Origin: Scenedesmus sp. PABB004
Lineage: Eukaryota
Length of the DNA stretch: 64,000 nt
Direction of reading: 5' to 3'
NCBI GenBank assembly: GCA_014905635.1
Contig: JABVCE010000008.1
Span: 1,302,001 to 1,366,000, forward strand
Positions within the stretch are counted from its first letter, which is position 1; every line of letters begins with the position of its first letter. The notes beneath the pieces were generated by a model. That model saw only the letters and a program-made list of their open reading frames with translations, was not told the origin of the DNA and made no database searches. The translations under genes and the position numbers were made by a program. Below are positions 1 to 10,129 of the stretch, piece by piece.

Positions 1-242
1 TCACCGCCGCCGTCATCGCCGGCCCCGCGCTGTACGAGTACGCGCTCAGCGACCGCCAGAAGGCCGCCATCGCGGCGCGCCTCTCGCGCGGCGGTGGCGG
101 CCGCAGCGGCGCCGGCGCGCGGCCGAAGCTCGCCAAGACGAGCGGCAGCGACCTCGGCAGCCTCGGCGTGCCCGCCGACGAGTTCAAGTCCACGGGCGCC
201 AAGTACGACGGCATCGCCACGCCCGCCAGCCTCGGCCGCTGA
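1..242 (+). CDS. 3' end of an unidentified gene truncated by the window edge
   Basis: Open frame with GC3-biased codons reading TAAVIAGPALYEYALSDRQKAAIAARL...KYDGIATPASLGR, ending TGA at 240-242. Family not recognised. Confidence 0.6.
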   Translation, partial: TAAVIAGPALYEYALSDRQKAAIAARLSRGGGGRSGAGARPKLAKTSGSDLGSLGVPADEFKSTGAKYDGIATPASLGR

Positions 243-632
243 AGGCAGAACCCAGACCCCCCCTCCCCCTGGCAGCGGGGGCAGATGCACCGTCGTGAGA
301 GGCGCCGCGTCGCCTGACGCGCGCGCGAGGAAATTCAACCCACCATTTCAGCGCCGACTTTGTGGCCTGCTGTGCCCGGCGCGCACGTGTGCTAGTAGCT
401 TCCAACCCATGCGCCGCTCCTGCTGCGGTTGCTCCGAGCGGCGGCGCGCAAGTCGCGCGACTGAGGTCGCGCGTGACTGTCGAGGAACCCTACCGTGCAT
501 CCCGCTTGAAACCGCTACCACTGCTGCCCACCACCCCGCACACCACAGCCCCGGAGTCAGGCCGCGCCGACAGGCGGCAGCACACACACGCGCTGCACGC
601 GCCGCGCCAGCCACCGCCGCCAGCGCGGCGCG

Positions 633-2020
633 ATGGCCGCCGCGCTCGCTGAGGCGCGCCTGGCCCGCGCGCTGGCGCCTGGTGTGACCCACCCGACGAG
701 CAGCCTGTCGCGGCCCGCTCAGCCGCAGCCCGTCCCCTGGCGCGGCGGGAGCAGCAGCAGCAGCAGCGGCGGGCTGCGGCGCGGGCGCAGCGCGCGCTCG
801 AGCGTCTACAACGACCCGCAGGTGGGGAGACCGCGAGGCGTGAAGCGTGCAGCACGCCACCGCCGAGCGGGCCCTCACAGCCCCGCGGCCGGCCGCCGCC
901 CCCGCAGGTCGCGCCGCCGCCGCCGCCGCCTCCGCCGCCGCCGCCCCCGCCGCCGCCGCAGCAGCAGCAGGTGCGGGCGCTGCCTCCTCGCCGCGCGCGG
1001 CCCAGCGGCCGCAGCGGCCATGCCCAGCGCCGCTCGCGCCGCTCGCGCCGCTCGCCCCCACCCACACCAGGGCCGCCGCAGCGTGCTGCTGTACGCCGGC
1101 GGCGCGGCCGCCGCGGTCGCGGGCGCCGCCGCGCTGCTCGCGGCGCCGTCGGCACGCGCGCACGTCGCCATCGAGCGTGTGCAGCAGCAGCGACCGGCGC
1201 TCCAGAGCCTGCAGTCTGCGACCGCCGGCTTTGACCCGCAGGCGGCCGCCGCGCGGCACGCGCCGCCCGTCCGCGGCGGCGGCGGCGGCGGCCGGCCGCC
1301 GTCGCCGGTCGCGGCTGCGGCCGCGGAGGCGCTCGCGCGGCTGCGCGCCGCGGAGGCCGCGGCCGCGGCGGGGCAGTACGACGCTGCCCTCGCAGCCTAC
1401 TCGGACGTCGTCGCGGCGCACGGCGACCTCGCGCTTGCCGAGTACGCGCGCCTGGGCCGGGCGCTCATGCTGTACGAGGTGCGGCTGCACGCGCGCCTGG
1501 CTGCAGCCGGGCGGGCGGGCGGGCTGCCCCGCGGCGCGCGCGGGGGAGCGGCGCGCGGGCGCGCGCGCGCACGCGGCCCGCGCCGTGAGCGCCCCGCCTC
1601 CGCGTCGCGCGCGCCCCTCGCCTCCCGCGCGCCGTGCAGGCGGGCGACACGAGCCAGGCGCTGATCGCGCTCGAGGACCAGGTGGGGCCCCGCAGCGCGG
1701 CAGCGCCCCGCAGCGGCCAGCGGCGGCAGCGCCCGGCGGCGGCACCACGCGGCGGCCACACCCACGCCGCCGACGCCGCCGCCGCCGCCGCCGCCGGCGC
1801 CGCGCAGGAGGTGAGCATGCGGGGCGCGCCCGAGGTGCACGCGGCGCTCGCGGCGATGCTCTACGCGGAGCGCCCGGGGCAGCGGCTGCGCGCGGAGCAG
1901 CAGTGGGACATCGCGCAGGAGTTTGACGTCAGGTACAGCGACCCTGCGTGGGTTCGCTCCGAGAGGCACTGGCCGCCGCGCCTGCTGGCGGCGCTGGAAG
2001 CCTTCCTCGCGCTGGCGTGA
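633..2020 (+). CDS. TPR-like helical-repeat protein, possibly plastid-targeted (multi-exon)
   Basis: Exons include ..GQYDAALAAYSDVV..YARLGRALMLYE | AGDTSQALIALEDQ | EVSMRGAPEVHAALAAMLY..RYSDPAWVRSERHWPPRLLAALEAFL*. The DxRYxDxxW..RxWPP C-terminus resembles cyanobacterial/plant plastid TPR proteins. The N-terminus is Ala/Ser/Arg-rich like a transit peptide. Confidence 0.7.
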
Positions 2021-2351
2021 CCGGCGGCTGAGCACTCGCGGCGCACTGGCGCCACTGGTGATGGTGTCTCAGGCTCGTAACCACACGTGCTGCAGCTGGG
2101 AGCTCGCCGCCGCCGACGACCCGGCTTGCGCCCTGGGCCTGCGGCGCCCCACAAAGTCCTCGCCGCCGCTGGCAGGTCAGCCCTTCAGCCCTCGCCGCGA
2201 CCTCTCGGTTGTTTGTCCGTCCACACACTAGCGCCAGGCGCAGAGCGGCGCGCAGACTCGAACGCTTCGCGCGGGCGGAGACGGCCGAGCCACACAGCGC
2301 AGCTCCACGCGGGGAAGCATGGCCGCCGCGCGGTGACCGGTCAGAGAGGCC

Positions 2352-3265
2352 ATGGCGACGTGGATGGAGGTGAGCACGCGCCGGCAGCGAGCGGCAGCGG
2401 GCCGGCAGCGAGAGCGGGCCCGCCCGGGAGCGCGCGGTCGCGCCTGGCCGCGGCAGCCAGCCCGTCATGCCGCGGCCGGGGACGAGCCAGCGAAAGCGCG
2501 CCCGGCGGGCGCCGCGGCGGGCGCCACGGCCGCGCGCCCGCCAGCGCGCCGCGGCGGACGGCGCGGCCACTCGCTGGCCGCCGCCGCCCGCAGACCGTGC
2601 TGGACTCGGCGCTCGCCGGCGCGCGGCCCCTGGGGCCGCCCCGGTGCGACTCGAGCGACTGCCTGGTCTGCCAGGGCCAACGCAGCTTCCCCAGCCAGGC
2701 GGCGGCGGGCGACATGTGCGGCTGGCTCCCGTCGGCGGCGCCGAGCCTGTCGGCGAGCAACGGCGACTCCGTCAGCGCCGCCCCCGCTGCCGAGGAGGGC
2801 GCGGCACGCGCGCTCCGTCTGCCGGCGGCCAAGCGCCTGCGGCGCGTGGCGTCGCAGGGCTCGGCGGACTCGCTCGACGCCGCCGCAGCGGCAGCAGCAG
2901 CGGCCGCGGCCGCGGCCGAGCCCGACGCGCGGCCGCCGCACGCGCGCTGCGTCGCACCGGGCAGCGGCCTGCCGCGCGGTGCGCGCGCGTGGGCGTGGCG
3001 GCGCGAGCACGCGGCGCGCGGCGGGCCAGCGCCGGCGGGCCTGGTCGAGGTCGCCTCGCTGCAGTGCCCGGACGAGTCGCGCGGCGGTGCGAGCCGCGCA
3101 GACATGGTCACGGGCCTCGAGTTCAGCGCCGACGGGCAGCTGCTGGCGACAGCGGGCGTGTCCAAGCAGGTCGCCCTGTACTCGCTCGCCGCGCTGCACG
3201 AGCAGCTCGCGGCGCGGCGGGAGCGGCAGCCGGGGCAGCTGCTGGAGCACCAGCAGCCGCGGCTG

Positions 3266-3307
<42 letters not shown>

Positions 3308-4547
3308 GAGCAGCAGGCGCCGCCGCCGCGCCTGCCGCCGGTCGCGCTCGTGCGGCTGCCGGGCAAGGTCAGCAGCATCGCGTGGAGCCCCGACATGGAG
3401 GGCGTCGTCAGCGTCGGCGACTACGACGGCACGCTCACGCAGGTGACCGCGGCGCGGCGCGGCGCGGCGGGGCGTTGCGCGGCGGGCGGGCGGCACTGCG
3501 GCGGCCCCGGCGGCGCAGCGGCCGGCGGGTCCGCGCAGGCGGCGGTGCGGGGCGCGCGCTCACGCGCCGCCGCGCGCGCCCCGGCCCCAGGTGCACGTCG
3601 CGTCGGGGCACTATCTCAGCGAGGTGGACGCGCACGGCGGGCGGCGCATCTGGTCGGTCTGCCACAGCCGCCTGCGCCCGCACCTCGCCGCGACCGCGAG
3701 CGACGACGCGACCGCGCGGCTGTGGGCGGGGCGCGGCTTCTCCGCGTCGGTCGCGACGCTCACGCTGCCGGGCGGCGCTGCCGTGTGCGGCGTCGACTTC
3801 AGCGCCGCCGACGCCAACCTGCTCGCGCTGGCTGGCGCCGACGGCCGCGCGTACGTGTTTGACCTGCGCCGCCTGTCTGAGCCGGTCGCGGCGCTGTCGG
3901 GCCACCGGCGCGCGGTGTCGTACGCCAAGTTTTTCGGCGCGGGGCACCTGCTGACGGCCAGCACCGACGGCACGCTCGCGCTGTGGGACCTCGGCGCCGC
4001 GCTCGGCGGCGGCGCGGCGAGCGGCCGCGCCACCAGCAGCAGCAGCAGCACCGGCCTGAGCTGCAGCGACGGCGCCGCGGCGGCGGCGACGGCGCAGCCG
4101 GCGCCGCCACGGCAGGCGCCGCCGCCGTGGGCGGGCGGCGCCGGGCCGGCGCCGCACGCGGCGGCGCAGCCCTGCAAGGTGTTCTCGGGGCACACCAACG
4201 AGAAGCACTTTGTGGGGCTCGCGGTGCAGCCGGCGGCGGGCCTGATGGCGGTCGGCAGCGAGGCGAGCGAGGTCGTCGCCTATCACACGAGCTGGAGCGA
4301 CCCGCTCGCGCGCTACGGCCGCTTTGGCGCCGCGCCGCAGCAGGCGGCGGCGGCCGTGCAGCAGCTCGCGGCGCCGGCCGTGGTGCCCTGGTCTGCGCAG
4401 CCGCAGCCGCAGTCGGTGTGCGCGGTGGCGTGGCAGCCGCCGGCGCCCGCCTGCGGCGCCGCGCCGGCTGCCTGCGGCGCGGCGGCGCTGCTCGCCGCCG
4501 CCACGACCGCGGGGGAGTGCCGGCTGCTGGCGCTGGTGGAGCCGTGA
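2352..4547 (+). CDS. COP1/SPA-type WD40 protein, RUP (repressor of UV-B photomorphogenesis)-like
   Basis: Exons ~2352-2369, 2594-3442, 3591-4547. Motifs DMVTGLEFSADGQLLATAGV, VGDYDG, HGGRRIWSV, SGHRRAVSYAKF, TASTDGTLALWD and SGHTNEKHFVGLAV match the COP1-family WD40 domain. No RING, coiled-coil or kinase domain is seen, which fits RUP. Confidence 0.85.
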
Positions 4548-5121
4548 GGCGCGTGGAGCGGCGAAGCGTGTGAGAGCGGCGCTGCGGGCACCCGCAGCGG
4601 GAGAGAGCGAGAGCGAGTGTTGATTTGCGCCGCCGCCGATGTGTGTCTGCGCGCGCGGTCGCTGCAGCTGCTGGGCACTGCCCCTGGCCTGATACATTCC
4701 TTGTGTATGGGGAGCCAACCTCTTGGTCGGCGCGTCCCGGCGCGTGTTGGTGGCTTCCTTGGTCTCTGGGCTTTCGGACAGTCGCGCGCGCGCCCCCGCG
4801 CACCACCAGCCGCCGCGGGCCGCGCCTGTTGACTGTGCCGCGCTGGCGCCGCGACGGTCGCCCTTCCCCTCTCTTGTCTAGGCGTTGCCGCCTTCGTGTG
4901 TGACAAGCAAGCCATCCCTTGCTAAGAGCTTGCAGGGCGCGGCGCGTTGCCGCGCGGCTGCAGGCCGCTCGGGGCCGGACGTGCGCGTTGTCGTGGTGTT
5001 GAGTGGTCATCTCTGGTCGCAGTGCAACCAATCGAGCGCTCCCCCGGACCCGGCTGGCCACGGCAGCCCGTCCGCCCACGCCGCGCGCCCGTGTGCGGTG
5101 CGCAGCTATCAGCCCAGTGAA

Positions 5122-5272
5122 GCGCGGCTGCCGCGCGGGCGGCGCCGAGCGCGCGTGCCTGCCCGGCGGCAGCATCCTCGCGCTGCCGGCGCTCGCGGCG
5201 GCGCGGCAGCGCGTGGCTCAGGCGGGCGCGGCGCGCACGGCGGCGGGCGGCGGCGACGCGGGCGGTTGGTGA
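5122..5272 (+). pseudogene. Duplicated 3' fragment of the ZGRF1-like gene
   Basis: Encodes RGCRAGGAERACLPGGSILALP..GDAGGW*, matching the C-terminus at 9979-10129 (-), with no upstream exons. Confidence 0.8.
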
Positions 5273-5636
5273 GGAGCGCATGCGCTGCGCGCAGCGTGTG
5301 TGTAATGACGCGACGGCGGCTGGTCGGCAGTGCGTGCGCCCTACTCCCCCGCTCCCCCGCTCTCTCTCCCGTTGGCCCAGGCGTGATCGCTGCCGGTTTC
5401 CTTGTTGTCTCTTTCATTGTGTGTGTTGTGTTGTTTTGTGTTTTGTGTTTGGCGTGTCATTTTTCGCCCCCGGGCGGAAAATAAATCTGGTGCCAGGCGT
5501 GGTTTGCCTATTTTCGCGCGGTGTTCCAGTGGGCGAAAATCTGCGATCGGGCGTTTGTCGTTTGAGCCACGCTGTATATGTTCAATGTGCACTCGCTCCG
5601 AGCCACGATGGTCATGACAGCCCGCTCCTGCGGGAT

Positions 5637-5709
5637 GGCTTGATAGCTCAGCTGGGAGAGCGTTAGACTGAAGATCTACAGGTCCCCAGTTCGATCCTGG
5701 GTCAGGCCA
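5637..5709 (+). tRNA. tRNA-Phe (GAA)
   Basis: 73-nt cloverleaf: acceptor GGCTTGA/TCAGGCC, D arm GCTC/GAGC, anticodon loop CTGAAGA, T arm CCCAG-TTCGATC-CTGGG. A TTTT Pol III terminator follows at ~5715. Confidence 0.97.
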
Positions 5710-6051
5710 ACCGTTTTGGGGTTTTACTTCGTCGTCTGGGCCTCTTCCCGACCCCGCCGCACTCCCCGCGCGAGCAGCCGCCCTGGGGCCCGCCGGGGCT
5801 CTCCGAGGCCGCCCGCGCAACCACCGAGGCCCGGGCCGCGCCGCCGGTCGCTCGCGCGCCCGCGGCCGCCGGCGGGCTCGCAGCGCCCCGGGGCCCCTCT
5901 CACCGCCCGCGTCACACGCGCGGCCTGGCAACCGCGCGGCGGCCGCAGTGCCGCCCGCCCGCCCCGCCCGGCCCCGCCCCGCCCTGCCGCCCGCTGCGCT
6001 GCCCGCCCGCTCCCCCCAGCTGCCCCGCCCGACCCGCGCTGCTGCATGCGC

Positions 6052-6234
6052 TCAGCGCCGTCTGCTGGCCTGCCTGGCTGCCTCGGCCGCCTGCTTCTCC
6101 ATCTCGGTGAAAAACTCCTGCGCACGCGCGCGGGCGGGCGGGCGGCTGCGTGGGCGGCGGCCCGGCCGCCCACGCCGCGCGCGCGGCTCGCGGCTGCGTG
6201 CCGCCGTCCGCCCACCTGGAAGCGCAGCCCCGTG
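6052..6234 (-). pseudogene. Duplicated 3' fragment of TIM9 (end of exon 3, last intron, last exon)
   Basis: TGLRFQ | EFFTEMEKQAAEAARQASRRR*, identical to the TIM9 C-terminus, but lacking both CX3C motifs. Confidence 0.8.
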
Positions 6235-6342
6235 AGGGCAGACACACGCGTAAGCCATCGCGGAAGTCGAGACATCCAGCGCGGCGCGCACCCACCAGCG
6301 CATGCGCGTGCGCTGCCGACGCCTCTGCTGCTGGACACCGCG

Positions 6343-8145
6343 TCAACTGCCCTCGCCGCCGCCGCCCGCCTCCGCCGCGCTGCCAGCGGCGCAGCAGGCC
6401 TCCAGCCCCGCCAGCAGCTCGGCCGCGTCGAGGCGGCGCCCGATGAGCACCAGGCGCGTGAGCCGCCCGCGCTCGCCGGGCCCGAGGCGGCGCTCCAGCG
6501 CCGCCCACGGCGCGCCGGGCGCGACGTCGTACAGGTCGCACACCGCCTGGAACATGTGCGCGGCGTCGCTGCCCGCCACGTGCAGCACGCCCTTCATGCG
6601 CAGCAACTCCGGCCGCGCCGCGCCGCCGCCGCCCGCGGCGGCATCGGCCGCGCCAGTAGTGGCGTGCTCCTGACGCGCCGGCTGCTGGAGCGCCGGCTCC
6701 CATATCAGCGCCTCGACCCAGGCCCGGAAGCGCTCCAGGCTGAGCGGCCGCGCAGTGCGCAGCGAGACGGTGCGCACGGTGCCGTCGTGCGCCGCGCAGG
6801 GCTGGCCCGCGCCGTGGGCGTGCGCGGGGTCGCTGCAGCCGGGCGCGCCGCAGCCCGCGCCGGCGCCCGCCCCAGCCGCGCCCGACAGCGGCGCCGCCGC
6901 CGCCTCGACCTCGCCCAGCCACTGCAGCGGGCGCTGCAGCGCCGCCAGGCCGTCCGCCGCGCTGCTGCCTGGCTGCTGCGGCGCGAGCTGCTCCGCCAGG
7001 CGCAGGCGGTACGCGCCGCGGTTGAGCAGGCGGCCGAGGTCGACGACGCTGTGCGTCGTGCGCAGGATCGTGGCGGCAGCATTGATGCACCGCAGCTGCG
7101 CCTCCACCGCCGCCAGCGCGTCCGGCGTGAGCAGGTCGACCTGGCGGCCGGCGGGGCGGGGCGGGGCGGCGCGGCGGGGCGGGGCGCCGTGAGGCGCACC
7201 GCCAGCGCGGGGCCCGGCGCCGACCCCGCGCTCCCGCAGGCGCCGCACCTTGTTCAGCAGTATCACGTCCGCCAGCGCCACCTGCAGCTGCGCCTCATTC
7301 GCGGCGCCGCCGGGGCGCGCCTCGGCGAGCTGGCGCGGCAGCTGGCGCCCGTCCACGACCGCGACCACGCCGTCCAGCGCCACCGCCGCCTCGAGCTCCT
7401 CGTCGGTCCACAGCTCCGCCATGATGGGCCCAGGGTGCGCCAGGCCTGCGCCCAGCGGCGCGGCGAGCTCGGCGGCGGCGCGTGCGCGCGTGCGCGGTGC
7501 CCGGGTCGGCGCGGGCCCGCCAGCCGGCACCGCCGCCGGCACCGCCGCCGCACACCCGTGGTCTCCACCAGCACGTGGTCGAACTTCCCGGCGTGGCCCG
7601 ACCCCTCCGCCATGAGCGCCTCCAGCGCCTGCACAAACTCGGCCTTGACGCTGCAGCAGAGGCAGCCGTTGGCGAGCTCCACCCACTGCGGCACCTCGGC
7701 GCGCCCGCCCCCCTCGTCCTGCACAAACGCGCTCTCCAGCCCCGGCTCGCCGCCGTACTCGTTGAGAATGACGGCGATGCGGTGGCCGTGCGCCGCGGTC
7801 AGGATGTGCCGCACCAGCGTCGTCTGCCGCAGCGGCGCGCAAGGGGGTGCGCGAGCGGACGTGTGGGCTCCGCTGCCGCCGCCGCCGCCGCCGCTCCGCG
7901 CCGCACGCCGCGCGCCGCACCGCACCTTGCCGGCGCCGAGGTAGCCCGTGATCAGCGTAACGGGCACGGGGGCCTGCGGCGGCGGCGGCGGGGCCGGCGC
8001 GCGCCCGGCTGCGGCGGCGGGGCCGGCTGTGAGCGGCGCCGAGCCGTGGGCCAGCGGATGCGCCAGGCCATCGGGCGCACGCACCGGGCACCTCCAGGTC
8101 CAGCGCCACCGCCAGCGGCAGCTCCTCGTCGTCGCTGGCCTCCAT
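6343..8145 (-). CDS. ZNG1: COG0523/CobW-family G3E GTPase zinc metallochaperone, ZNG1/CBWD-like (multi-exon)
   Basis: [15 protein letters not shown] (Walker A), [18 protein letters not shown] (CxCC), [20 protein letters not shown] and a CobW_C domain with [20 protein letters not shown]. The acidic N-terminal DEELPLAV motif is typical of eukaryotic ZNG1. Confidence 0.9.
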   Translation of the reverse strand: MEASDDEELPLAVALDLEVPGACARWPGASAGPRLGAAHSRPRRRSRARAGPAAAAAGPRARYADHGLPRRRQGAVRRAACGAERRRRRRQRSPHVRSRTPLRAAAADDAGAAHPDRGARPPHRRHSQRVRRRAGAGERVCAGRGGRARRGAAVGGARQRLPLLQRQGRVCAGAGGAHGGGVGPRREVRPRAGGDHGCAAAVPAAVPAGGPAPTRAPRTRARAAAELAAPLGAGLAHPGPIMAELWTDEELEAAVALDGVVAVVDGRQLPRQLAEARPGGAANEAQLQVALADVILLNKVRRLRERGVGAGPRAGGAPHGAPPRRAAPPRPAGRQVDLLTPDALAAVEAQLRCINAAATILRTTHSVVDLGRLLNRGAYRLRLAEQLAPQQPGSSAADGLAALQRPLQWLGEVEAAAAPLSGAAGAGAGAGCGAPGCSDPAHAHGAGQPCAAHDGTVRTVSLRTARPLSLERFRAWVEALIWEPALQQPARQEHATTGAADAAAGGGGAARPELLRMKGVLHVAGSDAAHMFQAVCDLYDVAPGAPWAALERRLGPGERGRLTRLVLIGRRLDAAELLAGLEACCAAGSAAEAGGGGEGS

Positions 8146-8490
8146 CGCAGCCGGCCGCGCAGCGGCGCCCAGCCGCTGCTCGCGGGCGCACGCGCTCTGG
8201 CGCGGTTCGGCGCTGCGCAGTGCGCCTTGATGGAGAGGGACGCAGGATATGCGAGATAGAGGGACTGAATGGCGCAGGAGTGGCCCCGCTGGGCAAGCGC
8301 GGCGCGCGCTGAATCGCCGCCGCTGCGACGCCGCGCCGTGCGCCGCCCGCAGCCCCTCGCGCCGCAGACGGCAGGCCAGTCCTCACACGCAGCTCACGCG
8401 ACCTGCCTCGCCCAGGGCAGACCCCAGCCGCGCCGCGACCGTCGGCCCCGGAGCGCGCCCGCCGGGCGAGCCCGCACCCCGCCCGCCAGG

Positions 8491-9199
8491 ATGAATTTCC
8501 CGGTCGAGGCGATGGCGGACCTGCCCGATGAGCACAAGGCGTCCTTCCTGGCGCAGCTGGAGCACATGCAAGTCCGCGACAGGTGCGCGGCGGCGCCGCG
8601 CTCGCCAGCAGCAGCAGCTGCAGCCGCCGGGCGCGCCGCCCGCGGCGCCAGCCAGGCTGGGCTGGCGGCAGAGCCTGGCGTGGCTGCGCCGGCCGTCTCC
8701 GCACGGTGCAACGGCGTCAGCGGCGCGGCGCGCCGGCATCGCGCCCCGACCGCCGCGGTGCCGCGCCGCCGTGCCTCGGTCGGCGCAGCCTGCGGCTGTA
8801 CAACGCGCTCGTGGAGCGTTGCTTCAAGGACTGCGTGGCCGACTTCCGCAGCAAGAACCTGGCCAAGGACGAGGAGAAGGTGGGGCGGCCGCCCTGGCGC
8901 GCGCGCAGCCGCTCCCTGCCAGCGGCGCGTGCTGACCGCTGCTGCTGCCGCCGCCGCCCGTGTGCTGCGCAGTGCGTCCAGAAGTGCTGTGAGAAGTTCA
9001 TGAACGTCTCTGCGCGCACGGGGCTGCGCTTCCAGGTGGGCGGACGGCGGCACGCAGCCGCGAGCCGCGCACGCGGCGTGGGCGGCCGGGCCGCCGCCCA
9101 CGCAGCCGCCCGCCCGCCCGCGCGCGTGCGCAGGAGTTTTTCACCGAGATGGAGAAGCAGGCGGCCGAGGCAGCCAGGCAGGCCAGCAGACGGCGCTGA
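8491..9199 (+). CDS. TIM9: Mitochondrial intermembrane-space small Tim chaperone Tim9
   Basis: Exons ~8491-8582, 8789-8879, 8973-9035, 9134-9199 give MQVRDSLRLYNALVERCFKDC..KCVQKCCEKF..GLRFQE, with twin CX3C motifs. Confidence 0.93.
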
Positions 9200-10129
9200 G
9201 CGCATGCAGCAGCGCGGGTCGGGCGGGGCAGCTGGGGGAGCGGGCGGGCAGCGCAGCGGGCGGCAGGGCGGGGCGGGGCCGGGCGGGGCGGGCGGGCGGC
9301 ACTGCGGCCGCCGCGCGGTTGCCAGGCCGCGCGTGTGACGCGGGCGGTGAGAGGGGCCCCGGGGCGCTGCGAGCCCGCCGGCGGCCGCGGGCGCGCGAGC
9401 GACCGGCGGCGCGGCCCGGGCCTCGGTGGTTGCGCGGGCGGCCTCGGAGAGCCCCGGCGGGCCCCAGGGCGGCTGCTCGCGCGGGGAGTGCGGCGGGGTC
9501 GGGAAGAGGCCCAGACGACGAAGTAAAACCCCAAAACGGTTGGCCTGACCCAGGATCGAACTGGGGACCTGTAGATCTTCAGTCTAACGCTCTCCCAGCT
9601 GAGCTATCAAGCCATCCCGCAGGAGCGGGCTGTCATGACCATCGTGGCTCGGAGCGAGTGCACATTGAACATATACAGCGTGGCTCAAACGACAAACGCC
9701 CGATCGCAGATTTTCGCCCACTGGAACACCGCGCGAAAATAGGCAAACCACGCCTGGCACCAGATTTATTTTCCGCCCGGGGGGCGAAAAATGACACGCC
9801 AAACACAAAACACAAAACAACACAACACACACAATGAAAGAGACAACAAGGAAACCGGCAGCGATCACGCCTGGGCCAACGGGAGAGAAAGCGGGGGAGC
9901 GGGGGAGTAGGGCGCACGCACTGCCGACCAGCCGCCGTCGCGTCATTACACACACGCTGCGCGCAGCGCATGCGCTCCTCACCGACCGCCCGCGTCGCCG
10001 CCGCCCGCCGCCGTGCGCGCCGCGCCCGCTTGAGCCACGCGCTGCCGCGCCGCCGCGAGCGCCGGCAGCGCGAGGATGCTGCCGCCGGGCAGGCACGCGC
10101 GCTCGGCGCCGCCCGCGCGGCAGCCGCGC
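9017..10129. repeat. Inverted repeat, right arm (the copy contiguous with intact TIM9 and ZGRF1)
   Basis: Reverse complement of 5122-6234. Confidence 0.95.
9541..9613 (-). tRNA. tRNA-Phe (GAA), second identical copy
   Basis: Exact reverse complement of 5637-5709. Confidence 0.97.

Larger units (their letters stand above)
5122..6234. repeat. Inverted repeat, left arm (~1.11 kb), reverse complement of 9017-10129
   Basis: By-eye comparison shows identity apart from about 4 substitutions and 2 homopolymer indels. It contains copies of the ZGRF1 3' end, tRNA-Phe and the TIM9 3' exons. Confidence 0.95.

Noticed and set aside
5122..10129. Inverted repeats as terminal repeats of a DNA transposon
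   Set aside because: The arms consist of host gene ends and a tRNA. No transposase and no clear target-site duplication were seen.
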